Shown here piece by piece: positions 34,310 to 41,602 of a stretch of 41,749 nt of DNA. Within the stretch, counting starts at the first letter, position 1. Each line of letters begins with the position of its first letter. The stretch lies in the IMG/VR virus record IMGVR_UViG_3300038330_000020; one strand, written 5' to 3'. The notes under the pieces were generated by a model. The model did no database searches. It saw nothing but the letters and a program-made list of their open reading frames with translations, and was not told the origin of the DNA. The DNA is from a virus. The position numbers were made by a program, and so were the translations under genes.

Positions 34310-34759
34310 ATGCAAGTAACAATTCAACAAGTCAGTGATGTGAAGGTGGGCCAATACGGACCATCATGCAAGATTCACACAACCAGCGGCGACTATTTTG
34401 TCAATGAGGACGCGACGCCGCTTCTTGGGAAAACGGTGGAGGCCGAGGTTACAGAGAAAACCAGCAAGAGCGGCAATAAGTACAAGGTTGCTAAAATCAT
34501 CAAGGTAATCGAAGCCGCCGCGGCGCAGCAAAACGGCAACGGCAAGATCACTTGGGATTCTTACCGCGCCATGGCGGAAGCGGCGCATGAGTTGGCGGCT
34601 AAGTTAGAGCCGGATAGACATACCGGCCTTAATGATACAGAGCCGACCTTAATAGTGGACCGCTCACAGGCGCGCGCATCGATCCTTAACACGGTTATGA
34701 TTGCCTACTCCAACGGAAAGATATTCGTGCCCGAGATTGACGACGACATGCCCTTTTAG
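34310..34759 (+). CDS. ssDNA-binding-like protein with SSB-type acidic C-terminal tip
   Basis: OB-like N-terminus. The C-terminus ...PEIDDDMPF mimics the bacterial SSB tip (DDDIPF). It lies next to a recombination nuclease. Confidence 0.5.
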   Translation: MQVTIQQVSDVKVGQYGPSCKIHTTSGDYFVNEDATPLLGKTVEAEVTEKTSKSGNKYKVAKIIKVIEAAAAQQNGNGKITWDSYRAMAEAAHELAAKLEPDRHTGLNDTEPTLIVDRSQARASILNTVMIAYSNGKIFVPEIDDDMPF

Positions 34760-34767
34760 GTGCAACC

Positions 34768-35667
34768 ATGAGATATACCAACAAACACAACCTACCTGAG
34801 GCAATGGTCAAGGCGCTCACCTTTGACGATTACGACTATGAAAAGGCCGGCGATATTTCAGCAACTGGATTGATTCAGCCGCCGCGGATTCGTCAACTCA
34901 CCAAACGACACGACGCCGAGATCACGATAGACGTGTCTGACCTCATGTGGCGCATGATCGGTTCTATCGGTCACGCTATCATTCAGCGCATCAATCACCC
35001 GAACACATTTCAAGAGGAGCGGCTAAAAATACGACTTCACGGTTGGGACATTACCGGGAAAGTCGATTTGATCCGACAGGATGATGCCGGCCTAAATTAT
35101 GGCATTGATGATTTTAAATTTCGCTCGGTTTGGGCGGCTAAGGATTTAAAGCCGGAAGATGAGAAGCAGTTAAACCTCTATTCCATCATTGCCGCTCACA
35201 ACGGGTTTAATATCACGCAACTCAGAATCCTTAACGTGCTCCGCGATTGGTCAAAGCTACGCGCCAGCCGTGAACCGAGTTACCCGCAGGTGGGCGAAGC
35301 GGTGCGCGAGATTCCGCTTTGGTCGCCAGAAGAACAGGAAGCGTTTCTAGGCTTGCGCGTGCGCGCGCATCAACAGGCCGAGGAATTGGCGGACGACGAC
35401 TTGCCGATGTGTACCGAGGAAGAACGCTGGCACAAGCCGGATATTTGGGCGGTGAAGAAGCCTGGCGGCAAGCGGGCCGTACCGGGAGGATTACATAAGA
35501 GTATTGAATCAGCGCGAGCATTTGCGGCGACAATTCCCGCTCACGGTCCTATTGAATACCGCCCCGGCGAGGATACCCGGTGCCTTCATTATTGCGCGGT
35601 TAAAAATTTCTGTAGTTACGGCAAGACACTTGGGCAACCCCTAAACGGGGAGGAAGCAGCGGCATGA
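34768..35667 (+). CDS. PD-(D/E)XK nuclease, RecB/Cas4-like exonuclease
   Basis: GKVDLI...IDDFKF (D...D/ExK), QLNLY (QhxxY) and a C-terminal Cys cluster CLHYCAVKNFC. Confidence 0.7.
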   Translation: MRYTNKHNLPEAMVKALTFDDYDYEKAGDISATGLIQPPRIRQLTKRHDAEITIDVSDLMWRMIGSIGHAIIQRINHPNTFQEERLKIRLHGWDITGKVDLIRQDDAGLNYGIDDFKFRSVWAAKDLKPEDEKQLNLYSIIAAHNGFNITQLRILNVLRDWSKLRASREPSYPQVGEAVREIPLWSPEEQEAFLGLRVRAHQQAEELADDDLPMCTEEERWHKPDIWAVKKPGGKRAVPGGLHKSIESARAFAATIPAHGPIEYRPGEDTRCLHYCAVKNFCSYGKTLGQPLNGEEAAA

Positions 35668-35917
35668 AATCGATTTCTCCCACCGCACTTTTAGCCGTAA
35701 GGCCGCGGAACCCAGCAATGGGCTGGCTGAATTGTGGGATGCAGCGCAACGTGCGGGGAGCAAGCTGCCTCAAACCCTAAGATGTAAATGCGGCATCGCT
35801 GCTGCCGACGAGACCTATAGAGGGGATAAATATCGGCGGGTCAAATTATGAAATCCTGGCTCCGCACCATATACCGCCGCTGGCGGATTCGTCGGCTGGC
35901 GAGAAAAGGGAAATAGA

Positions 35918-36160
35918 GTGAAGCCCGAACTAATAATGCTCACGCTGAGAGATATCAATGGTGATCCCTATGAAACCCAAGGCCGCATCGTTGGCACACG
36001 GATTAAGGGATTCGACCTGCCTAGCGGTGCTTGGTCAGCATACGGCAGCAGCGAGGGCTGTAAGCCAGCTAAGTTTATTCTGTGGGTACCGAAGTGGAAG
36101 CGCAAGGCGAGAGCGATCAGAGTGAGAGATGTTTTGAAGGGTCTACCTGATAATTTATGA
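35918..36160 (+). CDS. hypothetical protein
   Basis: 80-aa track ORF with a GTG start. Confidence 0.4.
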   Translation: MKPELIMLTLRDINGDPYETQGRIVGTRIKGFDLPSGAWSAYGSSEGCKPAKFILWVPKWKRKARAIRVRDVLKGLPDNL

Positions 36161-36260
36161 ACTTACTCAACAACTTGTGGAGGCGGCAGAGCATGAAGAT
36201 GACACCAAGGGAAAAAAGGATGTACGACGCGCTGGCGCGCTTGGCCGGGTAGTAGCAAAA

Positions 36261-36284
36261 GTTATGCACAGGGTTATGCACAGG
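36261..36284. promoter_or_regulatory. Two tandem DnaA-box matches (GTTATGCACAGG x2)
   Basis: Perfect 12-bp tandem duplication. Each unit contains TTATGCACA, which fits the DnaA-box consensus TTATNCACA. It lies 48 bp upstream of the initiator gene. Confidence 0.6.
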
Positions 36285-36331
36285 CGAAATGTAATGATTT
36301 CAGCAGACTGATTTTTGGAGTGTAAGTTAGA

Positions 36332-37027
36332 ATGCCACCAATCAAACGTTGGTTTCCTGTATCTCACGACATAAACAGCGATCCTGAGGTTGTGGCTTTG
36401 ACTGATGCTTATGGATTGACCGGCCTTAAAGTTTGGCTGGAATTGTTAAGCATCGGGGATCGTAACGAAGGGGTAATAGGAAGCGACTTAGACTCGATTG
36501 TCAGGTCACTCTCGATCAAGTGTAACTCGACTCAGAGTCGAGTCAGACTCGTGTGTGACTGGATCGTGACTCGACTGTGGGTCGATTGTGACTCGACTGT
36601 CAGACTACATAACTATGCAAAATATCACAGGACTAGGGAACCAATTAGTAACCCTCCTGACCTTCCGAACCTTCCTAACCATACCAGACCTATTAAACCC
36701 CCTAAATCCCCCAAGGGGGGACGACCGATCGAAGACCTAGTCTTTAGAAAATTTTGGGCTATCTACCCGAAGAAAGTCGGGAGGGATTCTGCTTACCGCG
36801 CATGGTGTAAAGAGGCACGACACTGTAGCGACGTGCAAGATGAGATATTCGCGTCGCTCGGGTGGCAGGTAGAACAGCGGCAATGGCGCGCCGATGGGGG
36901 GCGCTATATTCCACACCCGGCGACGTGGCTTAACCGCGGCGGGTGGAAAGACGAGCCGCAGCCCGCCGGGCCGGAACGGAACGAAGCCGACGAACAAATT
37001 CAGAGAATTTTAAAGAGGGGATTATGA
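36332..37027 (+). CDS. replication initiator / replisome organizer protein
   Basis: N-terminal W...D...DPEV..L....GL.GLKVWLELL pattern, C-terminal FRKFWAIYPKKVG...YIPHPATWLNRGGWKDE motif, and iterons inside the gene as in lambda O. Confidence 0.6.
   Translation: MPPIKRWFPVSHDINSDPEVVALTDAYGLTGLKVWLELLSIGDRNEGVIGSDLDSIVRSLSIKCNSTQSRVRLVCDWIVTRLWVDCDSTVRLHNYAKYHRTREPISNPPDLPNLPNHTRPIKPPKSPKGGRPIEDLVFRKFWAIYPKKVGRDSAYRAWCKEARHCSDVQDEIFASLGWQVEQRQWRADGGRYIPHPATWLNRGGWKDEPQPAGPERNEADEQIQRILKRGL
36488..36603. repeat. Iteron cluster (candidate origin of replication) inside the initiator gene
   Basis: GTGACTCGACTGT is exact at 36566-36578 and 36588-36600, 22 bp apart. The related GACTCGATTGTCAG is at 36491-36504. 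A perfect 9-bp-arm palindrome ACTCGACTC-A-GAGTCGAGT is at 36525-36543. Confidence 0.65.
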
Positions 37028-37362
37028 CGCGGGAATTTTTCAATAAGCAATATGCCGCGCTCGTGGCAGCGTACAGCATAGCGCGAAAAATGTCAGACGT
37101 ATCCCAGGAAATTTATTGGGAAATGCTCCAAGATATTTCAGACGATGATTTCGCCGATGGTGTTAAGGATTGTCTTGCGTCCTGTAAATTCTTCCCAACT
37201 ATTGCAGAATTGGGCGCGGCTTCATTGCCTGACATACCTGATAAGTTGGCGCCGCTTCCGGCATTAGATCACGAACGCCCGCGGCTTAACTGGCAGGAAC
37301 AGCTTAAACGCCAAAAGGAAAAAGCGCAGATCAGCCAGCGCAATCAAAAGCAGCTCAGATGA
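37024..37362 (+). CDS. possible helicase-loader-like protein (G39P-like)
   Basis: ATGA-coupled to the initiator. The pattern YWEMLQDISDDDFADGVKDCLASCKFFPTIAEL resembles G39P-type loaders. Confidence 0.35.
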   Translation: MTREFFNKQYAALVAAYSIARKMSDVSQEIYWEMLQDISDDDFADGVKDCLASCKFFPTIAELGAASLPDIPDKLAPLPALDHERPRLNWQEQLKRQKEKAQISQRNQKQLR

Positions 37363-37658
37363 CCGGCAATCCCAGAAAGGCAAAAGCGATGTTTGAGCCG
37401 ACAGAGGAACAGCGGAAAGCTTATAAGTGGACGAGAGCGCGTACCGACTTTCATCCGGTTTGCGTAAAGCTCGCCGATCTTGCCCTGCACGCCACGGCGG
37501 CGGCGCTGGAGGCTCAATATTGTTTAGATAGGCAGTCTTCATTTGAGACAATGGCAAAAGCAACCAAAGCCGACTGGATCCGCCTTGCCGACGAGAAACT
37601 ACGCGAGGCAAGGCAAGGTAAAAACATGAGAGGGAAAAACATCAACTCGGGAACCTGA
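37359..37658 (+). CDS. hypothetical protein
   Basis: 99-aa ORF, ATGA-coupled. Confidence 0.45.
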   Translation: MTGNPRKAKAMFEPTEEQRKAYKWTRARTDFHPVCVKLADLALHATAAALEAQYCLDRQSSFETMAKATKADWIRLADEKLREARQGKNMRGKNINSGT

Positions 37659-37669
37659 GAGGGGAAACC

Positions 37670-38536
37670 ATGAGAAAACTAACCGCAATCACAGGGTTTT
37701 TATTATTGATTTGGTCCAGTTGTCTAATCGCCGCGGAATACGAATTCACCACAATCCAGATGCCGGAGTCGCACAGCACCATGGCTTACGGCATCAACGA
37801 CATGGGTGATGTGGTAGGCAGCTTTACCGATTGCACATTTTGCCAAGCACAGGCGTTTTTATTCAGTGACGGCGAGTATTACGAGATAGGAGTGCAGGAC
37901 CAAGGCATGTCTAGGCTCACTCCATGGGGGATAAATAAACACGGTGTTATTGCTGGGACCCTCCTGAAGGATGGACAATTCTCAGCGTTTGTCATGGGCG
38001 ACACCGACACCACTGTCCTAGACGGCGCCGCGCGCGCCGATGGGCTCAACAACAACCCTGACACCGTGGTTGTAGGCTATCGGGCAACTGCAAAGTTTAA
38101 TCAAGCCGCATACTTATGGAGGGCGGGTAATTATGTTGCGCTGATCAATCCAGACTTGCCCGGCGTAATCGCCAGTGAGGCAACCAGCATCAACGACAGG
38201 GGGGATATTGTTGGGTTTTGGGCTACGGATGCAGGGGACGGGATAAACGTCAAGATTCAAGGCTTTATCATAAAATCAGGACAGTTGAGTTATCTAGATA
38301 TAATCCCCCTCGGGATCAATGCGAGCGGTCAAATCGTCGGGCAAAGCGGAGCTGGCTACGATGGGGCGATTCTCGAAAACGGCGTGACGACGGTCATCAA
38401 GGTGCCGGGAGCGGATTACACTCAGGTGCTCGGCCTTAATAATCGCGGCCATCTTGTAGGCTATTACACTAAAGCTGGTGTTACTTATGGGTTTATTGGC
38501 AAGGTGAAGCGGGCGGCAATGGTGGCGAAGCGATGA
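37670..38536 (+). CDS. secreted HAF-family extracellular repeat protein
   Basis: Signal peptide MRKLTAITGFLLLIWSSCLIA/AE. Six repeats of the G(I/L)N..G.(I/V)VG type (GINDMGDVVGSF, GINKHGVIAGT, SINDRGDIVGFW, GINASGQIVGQS, GLNNRGHLVGYY). Confidence 0.65.
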   Translation: MRKLTAITGFLLLIWSSCLIAAEYEFTTIQMPESHSTMAYGINDMGDVVGSFTDCTFCQAQAFLFSDGEYYEIGVQDQGMSRLTPWGINKHGVIAGTLLKDGQFSAFVMGDTDTTVLDGAARADGLNNNPDTVVVGYRATAKFNQAAYLWRAGNYVALINPDLPGVIASEATSINDRGDIVGFWATDAGDGINVKIQGFIIKSGQLSYLDIIPLGINASGQIVGQSGAGYDGAILENGVTTVIKVPGADYTQVLGLNNRGHLVGYYTKAGVTYGFIGKVKRAAMVAKR

Positions 38537-38787
38537 GCGAAACGCCGCGAACGAAGGACGAGGCGGAAGAAAAGGCGCTAGAGCTTTTGCCGTGCGAGAA
38601 GGTGACGCGGCTTTGTGACCCTGAGTTAGAGGAACTTTGCTATGGGTGTCAGCTTCGTCCAGCCGTAGCCGCGGCGCTCAGGGAAGCGCAGCAAGACGGA
38701 TACAAGCATGGCTGGACCGCAGGGAATGAGCACGAGGACGCGCTAGACGCCGAGATTGCTAAACTCAAGGCCAAGGCGGGCAAGTGA
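38533..38787 (+). CDS. hypothetical protein (84 aa), repeat-flanked cassette ORF
   Basis: Its first 7 residues (MSETPRT) duplicate those of the downstream VRR-NUC gene. The stop overlaps the VRR-NUC GTG (GTGA). Confidence 0.5.
   Translation: MSETPRTKDEAEEKALELLPCEKVTRLCDPELEELCYGCQLRPAVAAALREAQQDGYKHGWTAGNEHEDALDAEIAKLKAKAGK
38534..38555. repeat. 22-bp boundary direct repeat TGAGCGAAACGCCGCGAACGAA (partner 38785..38806)
   Basis: Exact 22-mer beginning at position 2 of two successive start codons (ATG at 38533, GTG at 38784). Confidence 0.9.
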
Positions 38788-39125
38788 GCGAAACGCCGCG
38801 AACGAACCTTTACGCCCAAATATCCGAAAAGGACTTCACCGCGCAGGTGATAGCGCTTGCCCGGTGGTACAAGTGGCGGGTGACTCATTTTCGGGCAGCG
38901 ATAAATCAACGCGGCAGGTGGCTTACACCGATCCAGGGTGATTCAGGCTTTCCAGACATATTCGCGTTACGCCACAATCGCGCCATAATCGCCGAACTCA
39001 AGGCGGCTAAGGGTAGAGTGACACCCGAGCAGGTAACGTGGCTCTCGATGGCAAAGGACGCGAACTTGGAAGTTTATATCTGGCGCCCGGCGGATATTGA
39101 CGAGATCGAGGGAATACTAAAGTAA
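38784..39125 (+). CDS. VRR-NUC domain nuclease
   Basis: GFPDIFALRHNRAIIAELKAAKGRVTPEQVTWL is the PD...ELK core of VRR-NUC. Confidence 0.8.
   Translation: MSETPRTNLYAQISEKDFTAQVIALARWYKWRVTHFRAAINQRGRWLTPIQGDSGFPDIFALRHNRAIIAELKAAKGRVTPEQVTWLSMAKDANLEVYIWRPADIDEIEGILK
38785..38806. repeat. 22-bp boundary direct repeat, second copy
   Basis: Exact identity to 38534-38555. Confidence 0.9.
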
Positions 39126-39394
39126 TGACCATCACCGTAGCCGGCCAAATCTTCAAGGCGTATTCATGCCACCGTTGCGCAGGGTTTCGGGACACGGATG
39201 CGGCAAGGCTGGAACAACATCAAGGCTGGCACGACGACCAGGACGCGAAATGTAAAGGGCTGGAAATCTACAGCAAGGATTACGAGGCCGTGCTTTGCAA
39301 AGTAAAGGGGTGCGATCGTTGGGCCGCGGCGCGGGCAATGTGCCAAATGCACTATCAGCGGGAGTATACACTACTTAGGAGAAATCGTAGTTGA
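39125..39394 (+). CDS. small Cys/His zinc-binding protein
   Basis: CHRC and the CKVKGCDRWAAARAMCQMHYQR motif, which is the C.V.GC.R.A.A...C..HY type. Confidence 0.45.
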   Translation: MTITVAGQIFKAYSCHRCAGFRDTDAARLEQHQGWHDDQDAKCKGLEIYSKDYEAVLCKVKGCDRWAAARAMCQMHYQREYTLLRRNRS

Positions 39395-39463
39395 CATAAA
39401 AAATTCCATCCCCTACTAATAGTGTTCGTGTCAGGTGTTGCTGTTTTCCCACTCTCAGGCAGG

Positions 39464-39500
39464 AACCCTCGTCAAAGCAATTTGGCGGGGGTTTTTGTTT
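39464..39500 (+). terminator. candidate rho-independent terminator after the early operon
   Basis: AACCCTCG (39464-39471) pairs with CGGGGGTT (39486-39493), including one G-U pair, and is followed by TTTTTGTTT. The loop is fairly large at 14 nt. Confidence 0.4.
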
Positions 39501-39665
39501 ATCTAGCCCATGGAAATAGTTGAGGTTATTACCTTTGAGTATACCCACGGTTTCGACTATTGGCGTTATTTGAGCAGGATTTTGATCTACTTGAAGCGAG
39601 ATCAGATTGATTTCGAGCTATGTGACGGAGAAGGCAACGCATAAGAACTACGAGAAACAACGAAC

Positions 39666-40022
39666 GTGCCGCAGTTTCAACCAGGAAATAAAGAACAGAC
39701 CAAGCGCAGATTATTCAAGGGCGGCAGACCTACCAAAGATATTGCATTCAGTGTTGAGCTTGAGCGGACCGCCTTTGTTGCCGCAGCATTAAGTAATGGC
39801 GAGGAAATCGGCAAGCAGTACCGCAAGCGAATATTTGAGAATGACGCGGTTTTAGTCGATGCCCGCAAATGGTTGACCGATAAGGACGATGGCCAAACGC
39901 AAAGACCCGTTGCTATCCAAGTTGTTGTCGAAGCCCCGAGCCAAAACGGAAATGGCAACGGGCAGGACGCTCCAGCTCCGGGCTCGTGGAACGGTGGGCC
40001 AATTCTTATTGGCGGTGACTAA
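39666..40022 (+). CDS. putative terminase small subunit
   Basis: 118 aa, directly upstream of the large terminase. Basic N-terminus FQPGNKEQTKRRLFKGGRPTKD. GTG start. Confidence 0.45.
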   Translation: MPQFQPGNKEQTKRRLFKGGRPTKDIAFSVELERTAFVAAALSNGEEIGKQYRKRIFENDAVLVDARKWLTDKDDGQTQRPVAIQVVVEAPSQNGNGNGQDAPAPGSWNGGPILIGGD

Positions 40023-41343
40023 TGGCAAGGCTAGAGAGATTTGCTGTTTCGGTGCGCGCGGCGATGGAAAAACCATCGGGGCTCTCATGGCGATGGTGGC
40101 TCACGCGCAGCAACACGCAGCGGCAGGCTATCCGCTCCCGGTGCCTTGGATTGGAGTCAGCGACACGTTCCAATCGCACAAGCTCAAGACTATCCGATCG
40201 ATTAATAACCCACTCTGGCAAGGATTGTGGAGAACATCAGAGCAAGGCCACATTGCGGAATTTTGTCTTGACGGCCAGACCCTTGTTAAGCTCGACTTGT
40301 TCGGAATCGAAGATCAAGGCGCCATGGATAGAGTCAGATTGGAAACATGCGGAGTCTGGTTTGAAGAAGCCGCACCGTCCGCGGTTATGGTTCAAAGTGC
40401 GGGCATATCTGAGTCAGCATGGGATTTGGCTTTAACATCTCAACGCGTGCCGACACATTGTAAGCCGGCGATGATAACCGAGAATTATCCTGAGGACGAT
40501 CATTGGACGTGGCGACGGTTTGTTACCAAGCCAGGGCCAGGCACAATGTATTTTAGAGTGCCGCCAGGAGAGCGGGCCAGCGCCGAGGATAGAGCAGAGT
40601 GGGAGAGGGCTCTAGCCCACGACCCGGCATTACTGGCGCGCTTGGTCCATGGTGAGCCGGCAGTCTTATCCCTCGGCGATCATGTCGCCACCGGATTCTC
40701 GACGCTTTACCACATCGCCAAGACCCCTATTAAGCCCGAGCCGGGTGTTGAGATCGGCATCGGCTTCGACGGCGGACACACGCCGACTGCGGTTATTGGC
40801 CAACAGGTGCGCAATGGAGTAAGGGTCTATGCGGCACTCACCCAAGATAACTCGGGGATGCGGCAACTACTGGAAGATCAGGTTTTACCTTGGCTTGCTC
40901 GTAATAGCCCTTGGGTTTTACGCAATCCTAGTGACTTGCTTGTCGGGTATGACCCTAGCCTTGACGTTGGCGAGCAAGCGGATATTGACAATAGCGCATT
41001 AAACGCCATCAACGAGGCGCTAGGCTATCCAAGCTGTGAACCGGGGCCGGTACGTTGGCCGAATCGCAAGGACGCGCTAATCCAGGCGCTCAGCCGCAAG
41101 GATGGGCTATTGATCGACCCGTCATGCGACCTGCTCATCAAGGCGCTGAATGGCCGCTGGTATTATCCTAAGTCGCACATTGGCGAGCTGCGCAGCGATA
41201 ACCCAAAGAAGCCTAATCATCCATGGGAGGACCTCGGCGACTCGCTGATTTACTTACTGTGCCGGTTCGGGATAGTGGGAGCGGCTATGTGGAGTGATAA
41301 CACGTTCGATGACGTTAAGATCTTAGCCAATTACAATCATTGA
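39889..41343 (+). CDS. terminase large subunit
   Basis: Walker A CCFGARGDGKT. The size and the position before the portal on the circular map fit. The start is uncertain (39889 or 39952) and overlaps the upstream ORF. Confidence 0.8.
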   Translation: MAKRKDPLLSKLLSKPRAKTEMATGRTLQLRARGTVGQFLLAVTNGKAREICCFGARGDGKTIGALMAMVAHAQQHAAAGYPLPVPWIGVSDTFQSHKLKTIRSINNPLWQGLWRTSEQGHIAEFCLDGQTLVKLDLFGIEDQGAMDRVRLETCGVWFEEAAPSAVMVQSAGISESAWDLALTSQRVPTHCKPAMITENYPEDDHWTWRRFVTKPGPGTMYFRVPPGERASAEDRAEWERALAHDPALLARLVHGEPAVLSLGDHVATGFSTLYHIAKTPIKPEPGVEIGIGFDGGHTPTAVIGQQVRNGVRVYAALTQDNSGMRQLLEDQVLPWLARNSPWVLRNPSDLLVGYDPSLDVGEQADIDNSALNAINEALGYPSCEPGPVRWPNRKDALIQALSRKDGLLIDPSCDLLIKALNGRWYYPKSHIGELRSDNPKKPNHPWEDLGDSLIYLLCRFGIVGAAMWSDNTFDDVKILANYNH

Positions 41344-41429
41344 TGGAAATTCTAGACGTTCTCAGAATTATCTTCTGGTGTTTGGTTGCGTTGTTGGCTC
41401 TAATTAAGACAATAGACGTTTTGAGGTAG
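41343..41429 (+). CDS. possible 28-aa single-TM peptide
   Basis: The ATG overlaps the terminase TGA. Product is MEILDVLRIIFWCLVALLALIKTIDVLR. Confidence 0.25.
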   Translation: MEILDVLRIIFWCLVALLALIKTIDVLR

Positions 41430-41431
41430 CA

Positions 41432-41602
41432 ATGGGCGCATTTTTCTCATCACCTAAAAAACCAAAGGTCATTCCGCCCCCGACAACGACGGATCAGGCG
41501 ATCACCGACGAGGCGGCGAACAAGCGCAGAGCCGCGGCTCTGCGCAAGGGCACCGCGGCAAACAGTGTTGCTAGTCGTGGGCTAGGGTACGTGAACGCAT
41601 GA
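41432..41602 (+). CDS. hypothetical small protein (56 aa), ends LGYVNA
   Basis: The pattern MGAFFSSPKKPKVIPPP...RRAAALRKG is common in small podovirus proteins. Below the track cutoff. Confidence 0.4.
   Translation: MGAFFSSPKKPKVIPPPTTTDQAITDEAANKRRAAALRKGTAANSVASRGLGYVNA
41581..41600. repeat. 20-bp boundary direct repeat, second copy (partner 291..310)
   Basis: Exact identity to 291-310. Confidence 0.9.

Noticed and set aside
35668-35917. 250-bp stretch with only tiny ORFs (38 aa and 22 aa, both starting ATGAAATC) that could be an ncRNA or regulatory locus.
   Set aside because: I found no convincing stem-loops, repeats or promoter-like elements by eye. ATGAAA starts are common across this genome because of ATGA stop/start coupling.
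40022-40435. 137-aa ORF in an alternative frame inside the terminase large-subunit gene.
   Set aside because: It is fully nested in a confidently called gene and has an Arg/Ser-rich composition typical of off-frame translation.
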